Part shown: positions 1-10,100 of the stretch, in pieces
Position numbering within the stretch: position 1 is the stretch's first letter
Layout of the letters: every line of letters begins with the position of its first letter
IMG/VR virus record: IMGVR_UViG_3300048599_000281
DNA from: a virus
Direction: 5' to 3' (one strand)
Length of the DNA stretch: 64,000 bases
Notes under the pieces: generated by a model
The model's input: only the letters and a program-made list of their open reading frames with translations
Database searches by the model: none
What the model was told of the DNA's origin: nothing
Program-made: the position numbers and the translations under genes

Positions 1-3000
1 ACGAGGTTCTGCGTATTGGTTCCTACAGCAGTGCCATTCTCAACTTCGGCGTTGTTTGCGGCGAGCTTGTTGATGCGAGGATTGTAGGTATCTCGCTTGT
101 TGTCGATCATGACCCATTGACCGCCACTTGCGCCTACGTTCCTGATCAACAGGAATGCAGGGCGGAATCCGCACCACACAAAGGTGCCGTCTGCGGTTCC
201 ACTGCCAGTGAAGGTGCCGAACTTGCTGAAGCCGTCGACCTCGGTAAAGGCAAACGCGACATATTTTGCGCCGTTACTGTTGACGGAGCTTCCAGTGCCA
301 AGCGTGATGACCGAGGAAGTCGGCGTGGTATTATTCCAGTAGAGCGCGCTCACACTGGGCGCGGCATTCGAATTAAGCGTGATCGCTCCGCCATTGCCGT
401 AACCACGGTGATAAACCATGCCGATCGGATTTACCGAGCCGCGATCCTTGACGATGATGAAATGCGGCACGGCGCTCAGGGCGTGCGAGACGTTCTGGTT
501 GGCGCCGGTGCCGGTATACAGAATTTCATCATAGCCAGGCGTAACACCCTTCTTCCAGGACCACATCACATAGGTCGCCGACAGGGTATTGACCTTGGAA
601 TTGTTTCCAATCAGAGCGCCGTATTTAGACCAGGACAGAACGGTCGCTTCGGCTGCTTCAGCCGAGTTGAGATCGCTGCCCGATCCGATCGTCGGACCAC
701 GGCCTGAATCAATCCAGACGTGACTGGTTGCGCCCGATCGACCCTTAAGCCAGAGCAGATCCGGCTTAATACCGTTCGCCCAATACGTCGACGGCTCGGA
801 CAGATTGGCGCTGCACAACGCCTTGAAATCTGACGTGCCTGAGTAAGCGAATGGACGCTGCCCTGTGTTGATTGAAAATGTAGGAGCGCCAGACACGGCC
901 GTGCCAACGTGTGGCGCAACAAGCGTTCCGGCAAGTCCCGTACCTGTCTTAATAGTCCCTTGCGCCGTGCCGTTCTTGTAGAACTTTAGCGTACCAGCGT
1001 CACAATCCAATTCAACGCCTATAATATCGCCTGTAGTCCACGCAGCGCCTAGCGTGTTCGATGCACCGTTATCGTACCATCCGCCATCGTAACCGTTGTA
1101 GTGCCAAGACGGCTGCCCGGTGTTCCAAGGATGGGTATTCTTGTTAATATTAGAGGTGCATACACCTACAACGTTGTTCGATCCACCTGCGGCTACGCAT
1201 GTAATCTCCCAACGCCACTTTCCCGTTTTCACCCACATCGAGAATGGGTGAACGCTATTTATGCCGTAGGAACCATCCAGCGCGCCGTTTGTAATCGTGG
1301 CGGACGACGGAACGTCCATGACATTTAAGGTAGCGTAATTCCCGCGCACTTCTCCACCAACACCAGTGTCGGTGCCGTAATCGCTAGGCGACTCAAGCAG
1401 GCTATCATTACCGCTGCCCGCGGCGACGCTGAAATTGTTCGGCGTCCAGTTGTTGGAGCCAGCCTGATCCTTACCAAGCGTGGTAGAGGTGGTGTTGCTG
1501 TTGTCGGAGAAATTCAGCCGGAAGCCCACGGTGCCGTAGGTCAGACCTGAAATATCCTTCGGGATCCAGGCGCCGGTCGTGCCGGTTTCTGCAAACGACG
1601 ACGCATCCAGCGCCTGGCCGTCGCAATAGGCCAGCTCGGCGATATAACCGTCGAAATAATTCGACCCGCCATAGTCACGACCAACACTATAGGCCGCCGT
1701 GTTACCGAGCGACGTATTGATGTTGGTAGGCTGAGTGTTGGTGTCAAAGGTGGTGACCTGCGTGCCGTTCACGTACAGCCGAGCTGTCGTGTTGGCGGCG
1801 TCGAGATATGCCACGATATGCACCCAGGCAGTCGTGTCCTTGAAAACCTGCGTGGTGACCAATCGGAAATCGTATGCTGCGCCTCCGACGTTGTAACTCA
1901 TGAACTCCAGGCGATCGTTGGTATCGAAACGAAGCACGGCTTGGTTACCGCCGCCGGCACCGATCGAGAAAATGCCCTGGAACGTACCGAGCTTAGATCG
2001 CTTGACCCAAACCGAGATTGTCGCCTTCTTTTGATCGCCAGCCGCTCCAGGCGTGCGATTCAGATAGGCACTGTCGGCCGAGTTAAATCGCAGCGATCGC
2101 GGCACAATCGAATTCGGATCGGGGCGTCGCTCTTGCTGACCAACCCAGATCGAACCACCATTCCCGGTATAGGAATTGATCGTGAAATAGTCCTTACCCT
2201 TCTTGATCGCCGGATCCGGAAGGTTATGCGCGCAGAGACACTTGAATCCACTAGACGCGGCGTAGTCGAAAACACGCTGGCCAAAATTAAAGCTGTAGTT
2301 CCAGCCACTATGACCGAAGGCGACGGGGAAGAACTCGCCAGAGGTTAGGCCGGTGAAGGCCGTACCCTGCGAAACACCCTGCTTGTAGAAAGTCAGCGTT
2401 CCAGCATCGCGGTCAAACTCAACGTCGATTATGTCGCCTGCGGTCCACGCACCACCATAAGCAACACCTGCTCCACCTCCGCCATTGTTCAGCTTGTTGC
2501 CGCTCGGCATGTAGGCATAAACGTCGGCGCCATTGTAGATTATGTTTGAGCCTTCAACGCCCTTGATACGAGCGGTCGAGCGAACAATACCAACGCCGCA
2601 TCCGGACGTAGCTCCTAACGCCGTCGCCTTGATCGAAAACTTCCATTTGCCATAGGACATGGCAAAGTCACCCGTGACGACAGCAACGTAGGATCCGCCT
2701 CCATACGCCCCATCCAGACCACCATTCGACACGGTGACCACGTCGGTATTGCTGTTGATCCAATTCAGCGTGCAGTAATTGCCGCGGATCTCACCGCCCA
2801 AGCCGGCGTCAGTGCCATAGGGCGTCGGCGTGTCCAATAGGCTGTCGTTACCGATGCCCGCGGTGACACTGAAGTTCGTCGGCGTCAGATTATTGCCGAG
2901 ACCGGAGCTGTCCTTGCCGAGCGTCGTTGAGGTGGTTCCGCTATTATCAGCGAATTTCCAGAAGCCGCTATTATTGGCGTAGGTGCCGGAATAAGCCTTC

Positions 3001-3773
3001 GGAACGATAATTCCGCTCGCAGTATCGGTATCCGTAAAGCTGGCATAGGTCAGCGCCTGACCATCAATGAAATAGACCTCGGTAAGATAGCCTTCGAGCT
3101 GGCTACCCCAACTCGGAACATAGGTTCGACTTGAACCGATCGTAATGTAATAGCCGCTCGTGGCGATGAGGGTCTGCCCGGACGAGAACGAGTTGGTAGA
3201 GCCAGTGTCGAGGACGCCGTTCACCCAGACCTTGCAGCGATCTACCTGCGTCGCCTGATCAGTATCGATGGATAGACAAATGTGATACCAAGCCGTCGGA
3301 TCACGAAACACCCTGTTTGACACATAGGGCGTTGACGGGGCGCCGCCCGGATCCAACTTGATCTTGAGCTTGTCGTCGGTGTCGAAACAAAAGTAATCCC
3401 ATCGCGAGCCGGCGCCATCAAAGTTCAAGAGCACCCGCTCGGTGCCAAACTTCGTCGGCTTCACCCAGCAGGAGAAGGTGAATTTCTTGTTGCCGTTGGT
3501 GGCAAGCGTGCTGAGAACTCGATCAAGACGCGGGCTGTCCGCAGCATTAAACCGCAGCGAGCGAGAAATCTGGTAGGCGCCGCTTGGCCGGCCGAATGCT
3601 GGAATGAAGGGGAAGAAAGCAGGATTCACCTGCTTGCCCTTCTCCATACGCTGCATGGCACGCTCAATCTGCCGCGCACCAGGCAACGCAATCGTTGGCG
3701 CCGGCGCGACGGCAAGAAATGCCGCCAGGCTGAAACCTGCAATCCACGCGATCTTCTTCTGACGGAGCACCAT
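1..3773 (-). CDS. Large tail-fibre-like or secreted protein, C-terminus beyond the window edge; two tandem LamG-like + SPRY-like modules
   Basis: Stop-free minus-strand frame from ATG 3773 to base 1 (about 1257 codons). Absent from the ORF track because no stop lies in the window. GGAG 13 nt upstream. N-terminus MVLRQKKIAWIAGFSLAAFLAVAPAPTIALPG is signal-peptide/TM-like. The block SLRFN(A/S)ADS.. followed later by GKW(K/R)..TL(T/K)FYK(Q/N)G occurs twice. Confidence 0.75.
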   Translation of the reverse strand, partial: MVLRQKKIAWIAGFSLAAFLAVAPAPTIALPGARQIERAMQRMEKGKQVNPAFFPFIPAFGRPSGAYQISRSLRFNAADSPRLDRVLSTLATNGNKKFTFSCWVKPTKFGTERVLLNFDGAGSRWDYFCFDTDDKLKIKLDPGGAPSTPYVSNRVFRDPTAWYHICLSIDTDQATQVDRCKVWVNGVLDTGSTNSFSSGQTLIATSGYYITIGSSRTYVPSWGSQLEGYLTEVYFIDGQALTYASFTDTDTASGIIVPKAYSGTYANNSGFWKFADNSGTTSTTLGKDSSGLGNNLTPTNFSVTAGIGNDSLLDTPTPYGTDAGLGGEIRGNYCTLNWINSNTDVVTVSNGGLDGAYGGGSYVAVVTGDFAMSYGKWKFSIKATALGATSGCGVGIVRSTARIKGVEGSNIIYNGADVYAYMPSGNKLNNGGGGAGVAYGGAWTAGDIIDVEFDRDAGTLTFYKQGVSQGTAFTGLTSGEFFPVAFGHSGWNYSFNFGQRVFDYAASSGFKCLCAHNLPDPAIKKGKDYFTINSYTGNGGSIWVGQQERRPDPNSIVPRSLRFNSADSAYLNRTPGAAGDQKKATISVWVKRSKLGTFQGIFSIGAGGGNQAVLRFDTNDRLEFMSYNVGGAAYDFRLVTTQVFKDTTAWVHIVAYLDAANTTARLYVNGTQVTTFDTNTQPTNINTSLGNTAAYSVGRDYGGSNYFDGYIAELAYCDGQALDASSFAETGTTGAWIPKDISGLTYGTVGFRLNFSDNSNTTSTTLGKDQAGSNNWTPNNFSVAAGSGNDSLLESPSDYGTDTGVGGEVRGNYATLNVMDVPSSATITNGALDGSYGINSVHPFSMWVKTGKWRWEITCVAAGGSNNVVGVCTSNINKNTHPWNTGQPSWHYNGYDGGWYDNGASNTLGAAWTTGDIIGVELDCDAGTLKFYKNGTAQGTIKTGTGLAGTLVAPHVGTAVSGAPTFSINTGQRPFAYSGTSDFKALCSANLSEPSTYWANGIKPDLLWLKGRSGATSHVWIDSGRGPTIGSGSDLNSAEAAEATVLSWSKYGALIGNNSKVNTLSATYVMWSWKKGVTPGYDEILYTGTGANQNVSHALSAVPHFIIVKDRGSVNPIGMVYHRGYGNGGAITLNSNAAPSVSALYWNNTTPTSSVITLGTGSSVNSNGAKYVAFAFTEVDGFSKFGTFTGSGTADGTFVWCGFRPAFLLIRNVGASGGQWVMIDNKRDTYNPRINKLAANNAEVENGTAVGTNTQNL

Positions 3774-3779
3774 CTGAGA

Positions 3780-4427
3780 TCAGGCTCCGGAGACGTTGAG
3801 CGTGTGGCCGATATATTCGAGGTTCGAAGTATCGATCGCGCGGCAGAGCAGATGGTCTTTCTTGCCGGCGGCCTGCGACCAGATGATATTTTGCGCGGAA
3901 AGACCGGTGAATGCGCTGGCGAATGCCAGCGTGTGCGCCGTCGTGAAGCTGATATAGAAGGCGTAGTAGGCCTTCGCGATCAGACTTCCGCCGGTCGGGC
4001 TCGCCGCGGTGAAGTTCGAACCGTTCACGGTGATCGTGCAGGCTTGCTTGTTGCCGTTCCAGGCGGTGTTGTGGGTCAGCGCCTGATCACCGGCGAGCAC
4101 CGTCTTCAGGAAGGTATTCAGCTCGTCGAGCAGCGGCATGTCTTCGGCGCGCGGCGCGATGAACACCGAGGCGTTGCCGGAGAGGTTCAGAAGCGAGCCG
4201 GTCGAGCTGGCGGTCAGCGTGCGCGACAGCGTGGTGCCGGACGAGGTATAGGTGCCGGTGCCAATTTCCCAGTTCGAGCCGTCGATGATGCAGTAGGAAA
4301 CGACATCGCCGTTCGAAACGCCGGCGGCCGCAAAGCTATGGTAGCCGGTCAATGCCGCGCCGAGCGTGAGGGTGCCGATGCTAACCGTAGCAGTCGACAT
4401 CCATGCGCGATTTTTAACTTTGGCCAT
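3780..4427 (-). CDS. Fibre-module structural protein, function unknown
   Basis: 215-aa ORF with AGGTGA 4 nt before the ATG and GC-rich third positions. Lies between fibre genes. Confidence 0.7.
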   Translation of the reverse strand: MAKVKNRAWMSTATVSIGTLTLGAALTGYHSFAAAGVSNGDVVSYCIIDGSNWEIGTGTYTSSGTTLSRTLTASSTGSLLNLSGNASVFIAPRAEDMPLLDELNTFLKTVLAGDQALTHNTAWNGNKQACTITVNGSNFTAASPTGGSLIAKAYYAFYISFTTAHTLAFASAFTGLSAQNIIWSQAAGKKDHLLCRAIDTSNLEYIGHTLNVSGA

Positions 4428-4461
4428 AGGTCACCTTTGAGCTTTGCGGCAGCGTTTGCGA

Positions 4462-4812
4462 TTAGAGCGAGCCGGCGACGCGCTCGTAATGCGCCTTCGC
4501 CTCGCCACCCTTGGTCGCCACCGCGACACCACGACCAGTCTTGAAGTTGCGGAGAGCCCAGCGCTCCTTGCGATCGCCCAGCGACTGAATCAGGATGACG
4601 AGCGGCTTCTCCGGCCGCGGATCCATGTCGGTGCCGGCGACAGCGTCATTCACCGCGAGCTTGGCGCACTGATAGGCGGTCTCGATCCAATACTGATCGA
4701 AGTCCTTCTCCTCGACGCCGAGCGCCTTCAGGATGGCCGGATAGGCGAGATCGGGATCGACAATGAAAGCGCCGCTCTTGTTGCGGCTCATCCATTTGGG
4801 AAGCTTGTTCAT
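4462..4812 (-). CDS. Hypothetical phage protein
   Basis: 116-aa ORF in the late operon with GC-rich third positions and a weak AAGG RBS. Confidence 0.65.
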   Translation of the reverse strand: MNKLPKWMSRNKSGAFIVDPDLAYPAILKALGVEEKDFDQYWIETAYQCAKLAVNDAVAGTDMDPRPEKPLVILIQSLGDRKERWALRNFKTGRGVAVATKGGEAKAHYERVAGSL

Positions 4813-4830
4813 GGCAGGACCTTTTTGAAA

Positions 4831-4845
4831 CGTCAGGACTGACTG
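4831..4845. repeat. AGTCA-N4-TGACT family palindrome, copy 1
   Basis: CGTCAGGACTGACTG in the 34-nt gap between two late genes. Confidence 0.85.
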
Positions 4846-4846
4846 G

Positions 4847-5284
4847 TTACTGAGCGCGGAAGAAGCCTGCGGCGTTGACCTGGAGGGTCACGTCGGAGCC
4901 GTCGGTCACGACCGGGAAGTCATGACAGGTGAGCGGAACGCGGCCGGAGTCTGCGGCCGATTCCTGGTAATAGACGACGGCGTCGGTCAGCGTATTGTTC
5001 GCCGCGCCGCCGAGCGCGTTCCAGGTCTGGTCCGGCAGATCCACATCGACGCGATCGTTGGTGTCATCCACTGTGATCGTGCCGGTGAGACCGGTCTTGC
5101 GGGCATAGTTGGTTGCGTCCGCTTCGGTGCCGCCGTTCGCCAAAATTTCAGCGAGAGTGTCGCGGTCCTTGAAGGTGGAATCGGCTTCGGCCGCCTTGAG
5201 CAGCATGATGCCGAGAGCAGAAGCGCCGTCGCGGACCTTCTCGGCCACGGCGCCTTTGGCGATATTGAAAACAAAGTCAGCCAT
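4847..5284 (-). CDS. Hypothetical virion-module protein
   Basis: 145-aa ORF with coding-like composition, in the late operon. Confidence 0.65.
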   Translation of the reverse strand: MADFVFNIAKGAVAEKVRDGASALGIMLLKAAEADSTFKDRDTLAEILANGGTEADATNYARKTGLTGTITVDDTNDRVDVDLPDQTWNALGGAANNTLTDAVVYYQESAADSGRVPLTCHDFPVVTDGSDVTLQVNAAGFFRAQ

Positions 5285-5296
5285 ATCAGGCTCCTG

Positions 5297-7096
5297 TTAG
5301 CTAGTGACCAAGTTGCGGACCACATGCAGTGACACCGTCACCTTTGTGATTACAGCGTTCGTGCTGTTGACGTAGAACCGCAACACATCGCCCTGGCTGA
5401 GAGACTTGCTCCAGCCGGTCAGGGTGCTGTCTCGCGATTTGATGGCGCCGCTCAGCGTCGGCACGGCCGACGCGACAATGGTGTCCGGGGAGCTGGGCGG
5501 GAAGCTGGCGTAGCTGATGCGCTGAATATCGACAGCCATCGAGCCGACGACATCAGCAAGCATGGTGACGCGATCGATGGTGCAGTCGAACGGCACCTCA
5601 ACGTCGACATACTGGGAAATGCCGATCGGCTGGCCGCCGCCATCGAGGATGGCCGGAATTGCCGCGTAGAGATCCTTGTTTGGCAGATTGCCGGTTCGAT
5701 AGAAAATGATGTCGAATTCGCCGTCGGCGGAGAAGGCATCGCCGGAATTGACGTGCGTGACACTCAGCTTGGAGTGGTTCGCATAATTGACGTTGTCGCC
5801 GGACAGCCTGTAGACGCCGTATTGCTTGAAATTGAAGCGGTTGCGAACCAGCAACGTGCCGCGATCGGTCGGGATATTTCCGTCATCCCAGGTGCCGATG
5901 TAGGAGAAGATGTCGTTGGTGAAATTGTCGATCTTCGCCAGCGAAATCTCGTTCACCGCGTTGAGCGTCAGCGAGTTCATCTTGAACTTGCCGGATCCGG
6001 GATTGTTCGCCGTCACCGTGTCGTTGTTGAAGACATAAGAGAAGCCGCCGAGGCCTGCGGTGCCGACCGAGGCAAGTAGCGCCCAGTGGCTATTGGTGGT
6101 CGTTGGCAGCGTCGGCGGCGCATTGCCGGCACCAGATGTACCGTTGGTATAGACCCAGGTCGAACCCTTATCGATGACGATATCGAATTCCTGGTAGACC
6201 GCGACGGCGCTGTAGTCGCCACACAGATTGAAGCCGACAACTGAGGATTCACCGGCGGAGCTCATGATGCGCCAGCGCGCGCTCGTACCGTCATAAATGA
6301 GCATCGCCGCCTGGTAGCGCCCGATCGAAACAGGGCTATTGGCAAGCTGGAATCGGTTTGCCGCGAGCGAAGACGAGCTCTCTCCGATCAGGCGGATCGG
6401 GAAATCGCCGAAATTGATCAGGATGATCATTCGGCCGGGGGCGCCGCCAGCAAGTCCGGTCAGGTCGCGGGTCGTATCAGAATTGATCCGAAGAATATTG
6501 GCCTTGGAGAAGTTCGGCGGATCGAAATTGTCCTCGTTCTGGATGATCTGCGGCGACGTGATGATGTTGCCGAACAGGATCTGGGAGAGATAGGAAACGC
6601 CGCCGGTCGAGGGGTCGACCGACAGAAGCTTGGTCCAGACGCCGGTCAGCAGATATCGGATCGCGAGCTGATCGTCGCCAAAGGCACCGATCTGAAACAG
6701 ATCGGTGCCATCGCGCTGCAGCACCATACCGGCATTGTCGTTGGCGTCGTTCTTTTCGAGCTTGACCAGGGCGTCGTCGCTCGTGACCGAAAACACCTTG
6801 CGCTGGGCCGCGGAGACCGCGGAGAGCTGCTTGGAGACCTGGCGCACCGAATCTCGGGCGGCGCTGCTCTTGAACCAGGTATAGGCCTGAGCCGAGGCAT
6901 TAGCGCCCTGATAGCCCCGATCGACAGTCACATGGGTGTCGTCGGTGATCTCGATCGCCTCATACCAGCGCCCGTCGGGCGCGAAAATCGTGTCCCCCTC
7001 AACCAGGGACGCCCACAGCGTCCCTGCCCCGACAAATGTCGGGCTGCCATTGGTCACCTGGATGGTGCCATCGGTATAGAGGGTGGTTCCATTCAT
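5297..7096 (-). CDS. Tail fibre protein
   Basis: 599 aa, directly downstream of the J-like gene. Gly/Ser/Thr/Asn-rich beta-type sequence. Confidence 0.7.
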   Translation of the reverse strand: MNGTTLYTDGTIQVTNGSPTFVGAGTLWASLVEGDTIFAPDGRWYEAIEITDDTHVTVDRGYQGANASAQAYTWFKSSAARDSVRQVSKQLSAVSAAQRKVFSVTSDDALVKLEKNDANDNAGMVLQRDGTDLFQIGAFGDDQLAIRYLLTGVWTKLLSVDPSTGGVSYLSQILFGNIITSPQIIQNEDNFDPPNFSKANILRINSDTTRDLTGLAGGAPGRMIILINFGDFPIRLIGESSSSLAANRFQLANSPVSIGRYQAAMLIYDGTSARWRIMSSAGESSVVGFNLCGDYSAVAVYQEFDIVIDKGSTWVYTNGTSGAGNAPPTLPTTTNSHWALLASVGTAGLGGFSYVFNNDTVTANNPGSGKFKMNSLTLNAVNEISLAKIDNFTNDIFSYIGTWDDGNIPTDRGTLLVRNRFNFKQYGVYRLSGDNVNYANHSKLSVTHVNSGDAFSADGEFDIIFYRTGNLPNKDLYAAIPAILDGGGQPIGISQYVDVEVPFDCTIDRVTMLADVVGSMAVDIQRISYASFPPSSPDTIVASAVPTLSGAIKSRDSTLTGWSKSLSQGDVLRFYVNSTNAVITKVTVSLHVVRNLVTS

Positions 7097-7123
7097 AACG
7101 GGGTTCTACGAGCTCCCGAAAGG

Positions 7124-7141
7124 TAAGTCAAGACTGACTGA
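7124..7141. repeat. AGTCA-N4-TGACT family palindrome, copy 2
   Basis: TAAGTCAAGACTGACTGA between the J-like gene and the fibre gene. Confidence 0.9.
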
Positions 7142-7143
7142 TT

Positions 7144-10100
7144 TTACAACCCGCGCGGTTCCAGGAATAGGATATTCGCCTGGTTAAATTTCCAGGTATA
7201 GGTGTAGGGAACAGACATGCCGCCAAATCCACCGTGAACGATCGTAGTGACCACGCGCACAGTGATGGTCTCTCCAACTGGCACCTGCACCATTAGGCCG
7301 CTGACGCTATAAAGCTGGCCGTTTAGAGCTGTAGGAATAGCGTTCGCCCCAGTAAGAGTAGACCTAAGTGTCGTGGTTGCGATCACAGTGCCGAGTTGAT
7401 TGAGAACCTGAAGCGAAACAGAAAAACTCTGACCACTGCCTGAAATACCGTCGTCGGTTCCCAGACCCATAACCACGCTCGCAAAGATCAATACCGAGCT
7501 TTTGTTTGATTGATAGGAAACGCTAGACACAACATCATTGGTCATACTAACCGCCGGTCCGACCGGATTGGCGCCCCAAGTGATGAGCGTCTTGTCGACC
7601 GGCGCCGGCAAAACCGATGCCTTGTTGTAGATCGCGAAATTGGAGTTGATATTGCTCGCGTTCAGATTAGTGATATAGGCCGTGTTGATATTGGCATTGA
7701 CGAAGTCGGCGACGTTCGCCGCGAGCTTGTCGGCTGTAATGACGTTCGCCGCGAGCTTGTCGGTCGTGATCGAGCCGTCGACGATCACATCGGCGTTGAT
7801 CTTCAGGGTATAGGAAACGGTGCCGTCGAGTTTTCGAATGCCCTCAAACAGGAAGCCGCCAGTCGTGTTGTCGATCGTGCCAGTTACGCCAAACTGAACC
7901 TTGACGCCGTCGTAGCTACCCTGGATCGTGTTGATCTGGGAGGTGTGGCCGTTCAGCGAGGTGGTGATGGACGAAATATTCGTAGCCAGCGCATTATCAG
8001 CGGTGACGCGAGCAGTCTGTTCGTTGGCGATCGCCGCCAGAACGCCGTCACCAATCTGCGCACTGAGAAGCTCTCGGGCGCGCGCCTCCGCGAGGTCGGC
8101 CTCAACCCGCGCATACTGTTCCTGAACGAACCGCGCCTGGACATTGTCGAGTTGCACCGACAGCATGTTGTGGATGCGCTGCAGACGGCCATCTTCGTCG
8201 TCGCGATCCTGAACCATCTGCGCCGACATGAGAGCGACAGCTTCGGCAAGATCCTCGACATCGAGCAGACTGGCGGCACCGTTGGTCTCGATGATCGACG
8301 GCAGCACCGCGGCGATCGCCTGCGACACACTCGTGACGGTAACGGAAATCTCCGAGCTGACGTTTAGCCCTTGCTTGCCGAAACGGTCATAGACAGCGAC
8401 GCGGACATAATAGGTGCCGGCATCCAGAGTGAGCACCGCCGTGGTGTCCGGACCGTCATAATCCGGCGCGATCAGCGAGGGGTTGAACCCGCCGGTCGAC
8501 TTGCACCAGATCATGACCCCGGCGAAGTCGTTATCCGTCGGCGGCGTGTAGCTGATTTCGAGGGTGTTGACGCCAGGCTTGATCGAGGGCGTCACCAGAG
8601 CCGGCACGGGATTATCAACCGAGATCGTCGCCGGATCGCTTTCGATGCCGGTTACCCCCTTCACGGTCACGTCGAAACGCAGCGCGCGGCGCGGGCCGCC
8701 GTCATTGACGTTCTTCTCGAAGTCGTAGGTATAGCTCGGCTGCCGCACGATTTCGGTGCGCAGCAGGTGATCAGCGGCGTCATAGACGCGCACCACGTTC
8801 TCGGGCTGATAGACGACAGCGTCGGTCGGAAACACGTTCTCCCAGACGAGCGTCGGTGCGGTGCCTTCAAAGGTCGTGCCGCCGCCCTGCAATTCGAGCA
8901 TGTCGACGACCGGAACCTCGATCGCTTCCCAGCCCTGCACCGTGAAGCCGTATTCGAGCGGCGGCGAAACATTGCCAGCCCGGTTCACAGACTGGATATA
9001 GAAGGTCCACTCGCCGGCGACGGGGTCGACGATATCGATGCTGGGCGTATTCGTCGGCGCAAAGGTCACGAAGCCACGGGGAGAGTCCGCGGTGACCTTG
9101 AAGTCGAGTGCCAGGAAATCGTTGACCGAGGTCCAGGACAGAGACACGCGCGAATGGGTGACGCCGTTCTGAAAATATCGGCTCTCGACGGCATGCGGGT
9201 TCGTCGGCGGCCTGATGATGTTGCTCGGGCGCGTATAGGTCGGCGCATCCAGAATAAGCCCCTGCTCTACCCGAGCGTATTTCGTCGGGTCATGAAACAG
9301 CGCAGTGACCGAGAAGATCTGCTTATCCTCACGCACCGAAAGCACGCGGTAGAGCTTGCCCTGAAGATCGACACCCTGGATGGCAAACTGAGTGCCGCGC
9401 TTTGGCAGGCTTGGAAGTGCGGTCGCAAGATTGACGATGGTATTGCCGCTCGCGAAGCTGTTGATGGTGCGTTTTTCCAGCGAGCCGTCTTCCATCACCA
9501 CGGTGACGTTATAGGTCACGCCGATCGTCGGCGCGAAAGGCGCATCGAGCTTGAGCTGTGTCAGCGAATTGACCGCAACCAGGCGCCCGCCGGCGCGCAC
9601 GCCGCCGGCCTTGTGCGGATCATTGACCAGGATGATCTGACCCGGACGCAGAGCCTGACCGTCTTCCAGGACGTGTCCGTCGAAGGACATATCGAAGGTG
9701 ACGGTTTCAGTTTCGTGTTCTTCAGCATCAAGGATCCAGCGGCCGAAACGGTTCGCCTGGCCGCGACTGGTGCAGCCGTGATGCTGCGCCTCAATCGAAT
9801 TCCAGCCATACCGGGCGAGCTGGTTCTGGTTCTGCACCACCTCCACTGCTGGTGCATAAAAGTCGGCCGGATCGTTCCAGGACACCATCGCAACCGAATG
9901 GCGGGCTTTCAGCGCGGTCTTGGAATAGTGAAAACGTCCATTGACCACGTTGGAAGGAGAGATCACCGTTGCGGGATCCTCCGGAATGTCGGCGGTCGCA
10001 AAGACTTGGCCGAGCGACCAATAGGCCATGCCGCGGAATGCCGTCGTGATGTTCTGCAGGACGCGATAGGCGTCCTCCCGCGTGATGATCTGGGTATTGA

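Noticed and set aside
1-3773. Diversity-generating retroelement targeting the fibre-like gene
   Set aside because: No reverse transcriptase gene and no template-repeat/variable-repeat pair is visible in the window. The internal duplication is at protein-module scale with substantial divergence.
3804-4544. Long antisense ORFs throughout (for example 3804..4544 +, 8371..10215 +, 15173..17659 +, 26849..28240 +, 28310..29431 +, 34817..36310 -)
   Set aside because: These are shadow ORFs typical of GC-rich DNA opposite confident genes. Their translations are Arg/Gly/Asp/His-rich with no motifs and no RBS.
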